A DNA stretch of 64,000 nt from contig NC_086108.1 of the NCBI RefSeq assembly GCF_963921235.1, positions 56,918,001 through 56,982,000 on the forward strand, in the 5' to 3' direction. Position numbers and translations under genes: made by a program. This stretch comes from Mobula hypostoma. Lineage: Eukaryota. The notes under the pieces are model-generated. The model did not search any database, was not told the origin of the DNA, and was given only the letters and a program-made list of their open reading frames with translations. Numbering within the stretch: position 1 is the stretch's first letter; every line of letters starts with the position of its first letter. Of this stretch, positions 13,222 to 24,774 are shown in pieces.

Positions 13222-15085
13222 ACAATGATATCAACCTCAGTGCCATGGTTTAAACATAGTGATCAACCATAGTCCGTAAATTGTACCATAAATGGGTGAA
13301 ACTGGAAATAAATCAAACCTCAGTGGAATTATTCCCTGGTATTGTAACTGCTTAATTGCATATAGGTTAAACTAGCTTACTGGTATGATCCTTCTTAACG
13401 CTGCTGAAAGGAATCCCCTTATTTTAACAAAATGGCAAGAGATCTAGCAGTAAGGAAATGGGGTGAGGGATGCATTGTAATAGAAACAACTCTCAGTTTA
13501 AAATAAAAAATAATACAAAAAAATATAGTGATTGCATAGGTTTGGCTGCAGGCGGGGGATTATCAAAGTCAGAGCAGAATCTCATTTGTAGCTTCCAGGG
13601 TCAGGACCTTTGCTGGTGACTTGCTGGTCCCCTGCTAGCATGATTAAAAGGAGTTGAAACATTAGTATCTCATACAGTCATAGTACAGAAACAAGACCTT
13701 TGGCCCATCTAGTCCATGCCGAACTATAAACTTGCCTAGTCCTGTTGACCTGCTCCCAGACCACAGCCCTCCACACCTCACAGGCAGGTTTGTTAGAGCT
13801 GTTGGGGAGGGTTTAAGCTAATTTGGCAGGGGGATGGGAATCAGACTAAAGGGATTCAGGATAAGACGGATGGTAAAAAAGCAAAGATAGCGTGCAGTTA
13901 GACAGTCAGGACGGGCAGGCAGATAATAGGACAAAATTGCAGCCAGTACGGTGAGTTATGGATGCAGAATCAAAAAGTGTAGCGAATAGAGTGCTCAAAG
14001 TGTTATATCTCAATGCGTGGAGGATAAGAAAAATGGGGGATGATCTTGTTGCACTTTTACAGATTGTCGGGTATGATATTGTGGCCATCACTGAATCGTG
14101 GCTGAAGGATGGTTGTAGTTGGGAGCTGAATGTTCAAGGTTACACGTTGCATCGGAGGGACAGGAAGGTAGGCAGAGGGGGTGGTGTGGCTCTGCTGGTA
14201 AAGAATGACATCAAATCATTAGAAAGATGTGACATAGGATCAGAAGATGTTGAATCCTTGTGGGTAGAGCAAGGGTGAAAGGCTCCTGATGGTAGTTATA
14301 TATGTACAGGCCTCCAAACAGATTACAACAGGAAATAGAAAAGGAGTGTCAAAAGGGGAAATGTTATGGTAGTCATGGGAGATTTTAACATGCAGGTAGA
14401 TTGGGAAAATGAGGTTGGTAATGGATCTCAAGTGGATTGGTAGGAGGTAATGAGTGGGAATAAAAGGATCCTTTTCTGGTTGGCTGCCAGTGACAGGGGG
14501 TGTTCCGCAGGGGTCAGTTTTGGGACCACATCTTTTTATGCTGTATATCAATGATTTAGATGATGGAATAGATGGCTTTGTTGTCAAGTTTGCAGGTGAT
14601 ATGAAGATTGGTGGAGGGTAGTGGAGAGAAGATTGGTGCAGGTAGTGTTGAGTAAACAGGAAGGCTGCAGAAGGACTTCGACAGATTAGGAGCATGGACA
14701 AGAAAGTGGCAAATGAAATACAATGTTGGAAAATGCATGGCCATGCACTTTGGTAGAAGAAATAAATGTGCAGACTATTTTCTAAATGGAGAGAAAATCC
14801 AAACATCTGGGATGCAAATGGTCTTGGGAGTCCTTGTGCAGAACTCCCTTAAGGTTAGCTTGCAGGTTGAGTCAGTGGTGAGGAAGGCAAATGCAATGTT
14901 AGCATTCATTTCAAGAGGTCTAGTATATAAGAGCAGGGATGTGATGTTGAGGCTTTATAAGGCACTAGTGAGGCCTCACCTTGAGTATTGTGAACAGTTT
15001 TGGGTTTCCTATCTAAGAAAAGATGTGCTGGCATTGGAGAGGAATCAGAGGATGTTGACAAGGATGACTCCAGGAATGAAAGAGT

Positions 15086-18000
15086 AAAGGAGGAGAGTTA
15101 TGCTTCATGGTCAACAATGCTCGGTGCGACCCCCAGAATGTGCATCCCCTCAAATCCTTTTGTTCCCCAGACCTGGAATACCTGGTGCTGCTGTGCAGAC
15201 CCTACTGGCTGCTGAGGGAGTTCACGGCTGTTATCATCACAGCGGTGTACATTCTGCTGCAGGCTGATACTAACCTGGCTTTCAAGGAACCGCACAAGAC
15301 CATCAACACGCTGGAGACTGCTGTCATCATCACCAGTGACTTTAATTGAGCGTTGCTGATGAAAGCCTCTCCAAAGTTTTGTCAGCACATCCAGGTGAGC
15401 GTTCGTGGAGATAACACACTTGACCGCTGTTACACTCCGTTCTGCAATACTTACAAAGCTCTCCTTCGCCCAGCTTTTGGAAAATCAGATCACCCTTTGA
15501 TCCTGCTACAGCCGACATACAAGCAGAAGCTGAAACAAGAGGCGGCCGTAGTTAAAACCATCCACTGTTGGTCCGACCAATCGGCCTCCATGCGGCAGGA
15601 CTGCTTCAATGATGTCAACTGGAATGTCCTCCATGATGAGGATGTCTCCAAGTTCACTGATGGAGTCACGTGCTTCATCCGGAAGTGCATCGACGATGTC
15701 CCCCAGAAGTCGGTCAGGGTCTTCCCAAACCAGAAACCCTGGATCCATAGTTCCGTGCGAGCAGCACTTACAATGCTGGGGATCAATTAGAGCTCAAGAA
15801 AAGCAACTATGATCTGCGCAAAGGTACCACGGGTGTGAAACAACAATATAGGGAGAAGATTGAGTCAAGATTCACAATGAATAGCACATGTGACTTGTGG
15901 CGAGGGCTGATACCATCGCAGACTTCAAAGCCAAATGTTGTGGTGCTGCCAACATCGCAGCCTCTCTCCCAGATGAGCTCAATCGCTTTAATGCTAGTTT
16001 CGATGTCGCTAAAGGCCAATTTATACTTGTGCATCAAATCGACGGCGTAGGTACGGCGTCGCCGCATACCCTACACCGTACCCTACGCCGTAGCCTGACG
16101 CGCACCTCCCCAAAAATGTAACTACGCATTGCAGTGACGCAGACCGCAACAACTGTGATTGGTCCACTTGGTAGCATCGCATTTCCTCCTACGCTGCAAT
16201 AGCTTCCCATTGGGCGACTGAAGGGCAGGGAAGGAACTCTGGCTGCAACGCTTTCCATTAAGTTTCACAGACCTCTGAAATTATGGACCCTGTGCTTGAC
16301 ACCAGTTTGTAGCTAGCTGCTACAGCCTGTTGAATTCCACCTGAAGCTAAAACTCGAATGCTGATTGCCAGTCCCTGAGTATACTGTGCATACACTGACG
16401 CAAAATAAATGGATGGAGATGATGAACCAAATCATCAAATCTGCCTGCCAACACCTGAAAATATTTGAAATGCATTTCCTCGTCCATGTCTCTCAGTGGC
16501 CGGACAAGCACAGAAAATTCACCCTCCTTCAGTTTCAGTTTGCAGTTTGAGTTTCTCCGTGTTGAGTTTCAACACAAAGAAACTCAACACAGTGACATAG
16601 AAACCCCACTGCCAACTAGCGTTTTGACGGTGAATTGCAGAGCGACGCAGACATACCAACGCAGAAGTATAAATGCTCACAACGGCGTAGCCCACTTGTG
16701 TAGGCTACGGTGTAAGCTAGTACGCACGAGTATAAATCAGCCTTTCCTCTCAGCCTCCAAGGAAAGCCACTGCTACAACCTGCAACCTGGTCATCTCTGA
16801 GGCTGAGGTACACAGATGTTTCCAATGAGTGGACAGTCGCAAGGCTGCGGGACTGGATGGCATCCCAGGGCGAGTACTCAGAATGTGTGCAGCACAACTA
16901 GCAGGTGTGTTTACTGATATTTTTAATCTCTCCCTCTACCAGTGTAGAGTGCCCTCCTGTTTCAAATTATCCACCATTGTCCCTGTACCAAAAAAGACCA
17001 TGGTAACATGTCTGAACGACTGGCGTCCTGTCACACTCACCTCAATAATAAGCAAATACTTTGAGAGGCTGGTCAAGGATTACATCTACAGCTTGCTGCC
17101 ACCCACACTGAACCCCCACACTTTATCTACCGACACAACTGATCGACAGATAATGCGATAGCCATTGTTCTACATACCATCCTTATACATCTGGAGAAGA
17201 AGGATGCTTATGTGAAATGCTGTACTTGGATTAAAGTTCAGTATTCAACACCATAGTTCCATCCAGGCTCGACAAGAAGCTCAGAGACCTCGGCTTTGAC
17301 CCTGCTTTGTGCAGCTGGATCCTGGACTTCCTGTCAGATTGCCAGCAGGTTGTAAGAGTGGGTTCCCTCACTTCCAACCCTCTGACTCTCAATACAGGAG
17401 CCCCTCAGGGCTATGTACTGAGTCCCCTCCTTTACCCCCAGTATACCTATGACTGTATCACCACCCACAGCTCCAATCTGCTAATTAAGTTTGCCAACGA
17501 CACTACATTGATCGGCCTTATCTCAAACAATAATGAGGTGGCCTACAGGAAAGAAGTTATCTCTCTGACACAGTGTTGTCAAGAAAACAACCTCTCCCTC
17601 AATGTCACAAAAACAAAGGAGCTGGTTGTGGACCACAGGAGGAATGGAAACAGGCTAACCCCTATTGACATCAATGGGTCTGGGGTTGAGAGGCTAAACA
17701 GCTTCAAGTTCCTCAGCATACACATCACCGAGGACCTCACGTGGTCTGTACACACCAGCTGTGTGGTGAAAAAGGCACAACAGCGCCTCTTTCACCTCAG
17801 ATAGTTGAAGAAGTTTGGAATGGGCCCCCAAATCCTAAGAACTTCCTACAGGAGCACAACTGAGAGCACTCTGACTGGCTGCATCACTGCCTGGTATGGG
17901 AACTGTACCTTCCTTAATCGTAGGACTCTGCAGAGAGTGGTGCAGACAGCCCAACGCATTTGTAGTTGTGAACTTCCCACGATTCAGGACATTTACAAGG

Positions 18001-18320
18001 ACAGGCATGTAAAAAGGGCCCGTAGGATCACTGGGGACCCAAACCATCTCAACCACAATCTATTCCAGCTGCTACCATCTGGGAAACGGTACCGCAGTAT
18101 AAAAGCCAGGACCAATGGGCTCCAGGACAGCTTCTTCCACCAGGCCATCAGACTGATGAACTCACGCTGACTTAAATGTACTCTATATTACATTGACTGT
18201 TCTATCTATTATAAATTACTATGATTGTACATTTCACATTTAGATGGAGACATAACGTAAAGATTTTTACTCCTCATGTATGTGAAGGGTGCAAGAAATA
18301 AAGTCAATTCAATCCAATTC
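15086..18320 (+). mobile_element. Rex1/Babar-type LINE (APE C-terminus and RT), decayed
   Basis: ORFs 15353-15790 (FGKSDH, FPNQKPW), 16829-17161 ([19 protein letters not shown]), 17307-17804 (GAPQG, KFANDTT) and 17805-18170. The 3' tail has aataaa and caatt repeats. Confidence 0.9.
16013..16743. mobile_element. Non-autonomous DNA transposon (MITE, PIF/Harbinger-like TIR) nested in Rex1
   Basis: TIRs aggccaatttatacttgtgc and gcacgagtataaatcagcct. TAA on the left flank. It interrupts the Rex1 reading frame. Confidence 0.7.
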
Positions 18321-19165
18321 ATATGAGGAATGTTTGATGGCTCTGGGCCTGTACTTGCTGGGATTTAGAAGGATGTGGGGGGAGGGAGTAGGATCTCATT
18401 GAAACTTTCCAAATGTTGAAAGGCCTAGTGTGCAAAGGATTTTTCCCATGGTGGAGGAGTCTAGGACAAGAGGGCACAGCTTCAGGATAAAAGGGCATCC
18501 ATTTAAGACAGAGACGCAGAGAATTTTCGTTAGCCAGAGAGTGGTGAATTTGTGGAATTTGTTACCACAGGCAGCTGTGGAGGCCATTAGGTGTATTTAA
18601 AACAGAGATTGATAGCTTCTTAATTGGCCATGGCATCAAAGGTTATGGGGTGAAAGCCTGGGAGTGGGGCTGAGGAGGGGAAAATAGAATCAGCCATGAT
18701 TGAATGGCAGAGAAAACCCAATGGGCCCAATGTCCTAATTCTGATCCCATCACCTCCACTGGAGGTAGTTGGATTGTGACCTGTGACTGTGGCTTGCTTG
18801 CCCTCTGTTAGAAAGAATCAATAGGTTTTGAGATATTAGTATCTCTACTAGGAAAATCACTAAAAAGACAAATGGTGTCCTCTTCTGGTTTGTCCTTCCA
18901 GAAGAAGCTATGACTTCTGTCTTGTTTGATCTGTTCATTGCATCTTGCTCAGGGTGGTGATGTCAATGCCAGAATGTCTGAGGTCACAGGTTACAATGGT
19001 AGAACAATGTTCATGCCTGTTGCTGCTGACACTGTCCACAGTGCTCCTGAACTCCATGTTGAGAGCACATGATGCTGGCATGATTTCCTTTAAATGGGTT
19101 GCACATCAGCTACCACATGGATCTGGTTCAAAGATGGGGGCGGGGGGGGGTGGTTCATGACCACC

Positions 19166-19978
19166 TGTTGGCCATGAAGGAATTAAAGTATGAAAGAAAA
19201 CACCAAACTCAAATAGGTCAAGGACATTGGAAGTAGACAAACCAGATGTCTTTATTCTTCCCATGTGCTTGAAGAAATGGAGGCTGCCACTTTGCGAAGC
19301 TGCTCTGTAACGTCCATTTTGTGAACTAATTCTTGCTCTGGGATAACTTAATCAGAGAAATTGAACGTGGACACAAGGAGTTTCTGTTGATGATCTGCTA
19401 AACCTCAGACCCTTCTCAGATGAAATGTTTATTGTGTACGATGGCATGCTTGCAGAAGTAATCTCATTATCTCGGCCCAGTGCCTGGGTGACCCGGTTTA
19501 ATTGGTTTCAACTGGAACCAATTAGAACTAAAGTCACCTAAGGGCATTATATTGTGCAGCCCTTGGCCATATCCAGTGGGAATCTGACACAGGTCAGTCA
19601 GATGACCTCGAACCAATGAGATTGAAACACAACATTTGAACTGATAAGGTAAGAGTGTAAGAATAAAGGGCTTCAAGTACAAAGGGGAGAGAACTCCAGA
19701 GCTAACTATCATAAGGAAGAACCCTATGCCAGGAACAGGGAGAAAAAGGATCAATCATTTAGCCAACAGGAAATCCTCGATTTCAGTGTTATAAATTAGA
19801 GAAGTTGGCAGAGTGAGTATTGGTAAGAGGGAAGAGTAGAATTCACGTTTTAAGTTGTTGTCCTGGGATCCACATAGTTACGTTGCTGTTTGCGCAGAGA
19901 CAATAAAGTGTAAACTTGGATTAATTAAGAGTTGCATAGTGAATTGACTAATCTAGATTGGTTGATGAACAATCAACA
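19166..19978 (+). repeat. 5' LTR (813 bp)
   Basis: Direct repeat of 32112-32850. TATAAA at 19790-19795 and AATAAA at 19902-19907. Confidence 0.95.
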
Positions 19979-19983
19979 GAGTT

Positions 19984-20001
19984 TGGTGTCCAGGGGTGCA
20001 C
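19984..20001 (+). promoter_or_regulatory. Primer-binding site (degenerate; tRNA-Asn-like, or tRNA-Leu-like)
   Basis: TGGTGTCCAGGGGTGCAC(TCGAA) begins 5 nt after the LTR end. Confidence 0.65.
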
Positions 20002-20149
20002 TCGAAAAGAAACAACAGAGGTCTGAGACCCTAGTTTCGAGTTGAACCACCCACTAGGTTAGGATATTGAAATGTGAAAAGGAAAGGACAAGGAGAACCC
20101 AGGGGGGGTTGGGGGTTTGGAGCGATTACTTTCATAGTAATATTTTATG

Positions 20150-21730
20150 AAAATGGCCCAATTATGACTGGATAAGAAAGGCTGAGCATGTAGGGTCAGG
20201 GACCCTGAGGGATGGATTGGGGAAAACAGTTGGTGAAAAGAAATTACAAGGAATGAAATACAGTTAGCTATTCTAATGGGATGTGTGCTGGAAGATTCAA
20301 TTGAAATGAAGAGGGAGAAACGGAAACTGGCAGAGGAACTGTGTGAGTGTAGGGAAGAGTTAGAGAGAGAAAAGAGCTGGAGAGTGAGAAAGGGAAATTA
20401 AACTCGGGGCAGGCACAGGCAAATTTGATACACGGGTCGGTTTCAGGCTCAGTGTGAACGCACAAAAGAAAGGGAGAAAAGAGGCGTGTAAAAAGGCGAG
20501 TACAAAAGAAGAAAATGGAAAACTCAGTGTCAGGATTTACGGACTGCCATGAATGTCGTACAGAAATCGGCAGCTGGGAAGAAAGGCAGCGCCGGTCACA
20601 CCAAGTGTTTAAAATAGACCAAAAAGCTGAAAAATCAACTCTCAGTTCAGAGACGAGTGATATGTGTAAGGACTGACGATAATGATGATGTCAATGGAGT
20701 GTATGAGGCGATACACCACAATAGCGAGGATTATTGGGGAAATGGCTCGCCTGCCTATGAATTTTTCCAAGAGGGCGTGGAACTTTCAACACCCACTGCC
20801 CCAATGGTGCCCTTGTTAACGGAGAGTTCAGAAGCCAGAGCCAGTCGGACTGGTTGTGACACGGTATTTCCCCCCTTTTGATGTGGCTATAGCTGCGAAT
20901 ATACCCAAGCGCGGTCTGTGAGATAAGCCTCGAGAACTTTCCCAGCAATACGCTGGAATGGATGAAGCAGAGGAACTGAAGTTAACCTTATCGTGTCTGA
21001 CTTCTGTGTTACACTCAGCTCTGCCGGAGGAGGCACAGGCACAAAACCAGGGGACCCCGGGTGATTTACGGGAAGTTATATTAGAAGCTGCAGGGACTAA
21101 TCGAGGTGACCCGGTGGAGGCTTTGCATAAGTACAGACAGTGGAAAGGGGAGCACCCCGTCTATATTTGTGATGAGGCTGTAGCCGGTTTCCTCGAGTGT
21201 TTTCTGGTCCTACCTTGGATAGGCGGAAGTTGACTCAACGACAGAGTAGCAACTGACTGAGGACCTTGGTATCGCACAGTAGAAGAGTGTGTGAAATGTT
21301 TGATCTTACAAATTCCACACGTACTGAAGCGTGGGTTCTCAGAAGGGAGAAAGGTACTAAGGAGGATAAGGGGCAATGAGGTTCTAAAATGGCTCCTATA
21401 AGAGAACATGGAGTGTAGTGTATGGTAGAATGAGAGACGCGGTGCCTATCGCGCTGTGCCGCCGTCATGCTCGACAGCGCCACCTAGTAGAAGGAGATGG
21501 TCAAGGACGCGGTCGGAATGTCTACGTTCCCCTTGTTAGGGATAAGGGATCCCCATGGAAATGCTTCAATTGCTGACACGAAGGTAATTTTACTAGGGAT
21601 TGCCCATAATCTGGACAGGTTGGGAATGGTCAGGATGTAACAAAGGTTCCATATTCGCAATGTAATGTCCAGGGTGCAGATGGAAAGAAGTGTCTGGAGT
21701 TAACTCCAGGGACTCAAAGTGCATAATGAC
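20150..21730 (+). pseudogene. gag: gag remnant (coiled coil, PTAP, capsid-like region, CCHC knuckle)
   Basis: EMKREKRKLAEELCECREELERE; PTAP at 20792-20803; capsid-like ORF 20958-21233; CFNC*HEGNFTRDC at 21562-21603. Many stops and frameshifts; start approximate. Confidence 0.75.
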
Positions 21731-23460
21731 GGTGTGAGGCCTCCTTTACGTGGGATGGTGCTGATAGACCCCTTGTAGAAGCTAGAGTAGGAGGCCCTCC
21801 TATAATTTTTTTTTTTTTTGGGATACAAGAGGCTATCGAACCATCCTAAACACATCCACATTCAATGTACCAAGTTGGCAAATACAAGATTTTATCCGGG
21901 TTTACTGGACATTCACATGCATTGGAGTTGACTACACCACTGAACATACAGTTGGGACTCCATTTGGTTGTGCTCATCGACTTACCAGCTGTTCAAAAAC
22001 ATTTTTCTGGGAAGTGTTTTTATTCAGAAAGCAGGTTTGAGTTTAAATTTGATTTGTTGTGTTATACTTGGCAGTTTACCGTTGATAGAGAGCAGGTCCC
22101 GGATGGCATTCCAGTAGGACTGTATGAGGACAGGATGTATACTTTTGGGGAGAATGTGGGTGATGGCAGAAGATATGTCAGAGGGACTCACAGGCCAGCC
22201 AAATTATTTTCGTCTGCCAGGCAATACGTGCTAAGCATAAACGTAACTGTGGCAGGATGCAAGGAGAGGTTTGTATACAAGGCCCTGATCCAAAACCCTA
22301 GAAGCAATAGCGATTTCCTAAACAAGCAGAGGCAGATTTAGAGATAATTATTCAGAGTTTGTTAACACAGGGAGTTTTGCGAGAAATAACATCTACAAAT
22401 AACTCACCCATGTGGCCACTTCAAAACTCTGATGGGAGTTGGAGACTCACTGTAGGTTACTGGGAATTGAATAAAGTTACCCCTTTAACTATCTCTACTA
22501 TAGCCACATGTCCTGGGATTATGATTAAGCAGAATACTGGATACAAGTAAAGGATCTTGGTCTGTTCCATTGAAAAGGGAGTGTCAATATAAATTTGCTT
22601 TTACCTGAGAAGGACAGCAATATATGGACAGTTTTGCCACAAGAATTTTGAACACACCCTCCATTTTCGATCAATGGTTGGCAACTGGACTGAAAGCTTT
22701 TTCAGCTCCCCAGTGTTTAATTCAATATGTTGATGATCTATTGTTATAGAAAGAGACTGGAGAGGAGCATTATGAGTTATTTAAAGAACTACTGGAACTG
22801 TTACGGGAGATGGGTTGGAAAATTAACCACAGAAAGTCTCAACTCATGAGGCAGCAGCTTATTTATCTGGGAGTGGTCATAACCCTGGGAGATGAGAGAT
22901 TGATAAATGGCATGTGGATGTAGTGGCAAAATGACTTTTCCCCACTGATGTGAGGTGATTGAGCTTATTTCTTGGTGTAGTGGGGTATTGTAGAGGCCAC
23001 AAAGTTGGCGTTGCCACCAAAGCTTATCCACTTGTAGAGCTTTTGAAGAAAGGTGTTGCATAGGAATGGAAACCAGAACACACAGGAAGTTTCAGATCTT
23101 AAAACTAATCTTGCAGAAGTACTTGCTCTTAAGATCCCAAACCTCTTGGAGGTCTCTGCTACCAGTAACATGATATCAGCTGTGTTACTCCAGGAGACAC
23201 TTGGTCAACCGGAACTAGTGGCATATGCATCTTGAATGCTTCCTCCAGTTGAACAAGGATATTCAACAAGTGGGTGTCATCTGTTAGCAGTGTTTTGAGC
23301 AGTTAAATATTTCACATGTTGTGGGCTTTAATTCACTAACCATTTTAACAGAGCATATTCCAATTCAGCTTTTACTGGATAGTTGTATCAAGGGTAAAAC
23401 AGACAGCCAAACTTGATTAGTCCGATGGACATTGCAATTTCAGGGTCGTAATGTCACAAG
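21730..23460 (+). pseudogene. pol: pol remnant: protease, RT and tether-like RNase H
   Basis: WDTRG protease site at 21819-21833; NSPMWPLQNSDGSWRLTV; LPQ; LIQYVDDLLL (YVDD at 22726-22737); LEVSATSNMISAVLLQE...VAYAS. Confidence 0.9.
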
Positions 23461-24390
23461 TTAAAAGATTTCATTTACATATTGTATTTCAGCCGCCTTC
23501 TTGCTATAAATGTACCCTCGATAAGCTGCGCTGTGTTCCTCGCCACAATTGCAGCATTTCAGCCTAGCTCCCGCTTCACATTTCCCATATTCATGTTCTG
23601 CAACGTATCTCCCACATCTTTGTTTTCCTCTGCAGACCGCCACAATGTGCCCGAATTTCTGACATTTATAGCATCTTAAAGGTGGTGGTATATATATTCT
23701 AACCGCATAACACATATACGCAAAGTAAACGTTAATTGGCAATCTCTCTTCGTCAAAGTTAATCATTATCGATAAACTATCACACTTTTTCTGGTTTCTT
23801 GTAACTTTCAAACATTTGGCCTCAATAATTTTTGCTCCTTTTATGTTTTGTTTAATCTCATCCATAGTAACTTTTGTTGGTATCCCTGAAATAACTCCTC
23901 TCCTCCACTTTCTATTGTTGGGTATTGAGCATTTTACTTCTTTGCCGTCTATTTTACATAATCTTATCACTTTGCCTTGCTGTGCACTATCCTGACAAAT
24001 CACTAATAGCGATCCATTTCGTAAAATCTTTGCTCCTTTAATCTCCCCTATAATTTTGTTGAGCATCTTTGTCAAATGAATCGGGTTCCACTCACCAAAA
24101 GACACCCCGTCTTCACTTAGTTTTATAATTGCTTTAATCTCATCTTCTTTCCATTCTTTTGCTGTCCTGTTTTGATCATCCGCTGACTCCTCAGAGTTTG
24201 ATATCCCGTACCTCTGCTTTCTTTTCTTCCTCTTTCCATTCCGTTCCTCTTCCCGCCGAGCTCCATCTCTAGTTCACTTCCACTCTTGCCAAAAACTTCC
24301 TTCAACAGCTTGGCTCTTTCCTTGATGTTCTCTCTCTCCGCCATTTTCCAGTCACAACTCGACTCCTCTCGATCCACTATCCCCCCAGCC
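23461..24390 (-). mobile_element. I-group (Nimb/I-like) LINE 5' end with ORF1, nested in ERV pol
   Basis: ORF 23461-24105 has YIPPPLRCYKCQKFGHIVAVCRGKQRCG...HEYGKC...CCNCGEEH, a triple zinc knuckle typical of I/Jockey-group ORF1. ORF2 is absent. Confidence 0.8.
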
Positions 24391-24559
24391 AGACCTAATG
24401 GTTTCCCAATCCAGCAGCCAGAGGCTGAATCCTGAAGCTATTTATGAAGTCAGCCCAAAAGAGAATCAGCTGCCTCAACAGAAACTGGGGAAAACCGGAA
24501 AACCTGGAATAAGGAGCATGGACCGGACTGTGAACTGGAATGCAGACTTCACGGACCGG

Positions 24560-24774
24560 ATCATGACAAATATGGAGTGGAAGAAACAGCAGAGTAAAGC
24601 TTATTTTGACATATGGACAAAACCTAACAAGTTGGAAATGGGACAGAAGGTTATGATCACGTTACATCAGCTGGGCCATGTTACATCTCTGAGATTTGTA
24701 TGAGGTCAATGACAGAGCAGCCGGTCTATCAAATCCAGACTGCTCCAAGTAAGTTAGGTTGGTATCATATCAAT
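24560..24774 (+). pseudogene. Integrase C-terminal (GPY/F-type) remnant; the motif continues at 29045-29080 after the CR1 insertion
   Basis: KKQQSKAYFD...LEMGQKVM...PVYQIQ...GWYHIN, then N*LS at 29045 (reconstructed WYHINQL). Confidence 0.7.

Larger units (their letters stand above)
13780..18748 (+). mobile_element. CR1 LINE, internally deleted and split by a Rex1 insertion (CR1 parts 13780-15085 and 18321-18748)
   Basis: APE start VLYLNAWRIRKMGDDL...AITESWL and RT end MKYNVGKC...LYKALVRPHLEYCEQFW. CR1 sequence resumes at 18321 (tcatatgaggaatgtttg). Confidence 0.85.
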
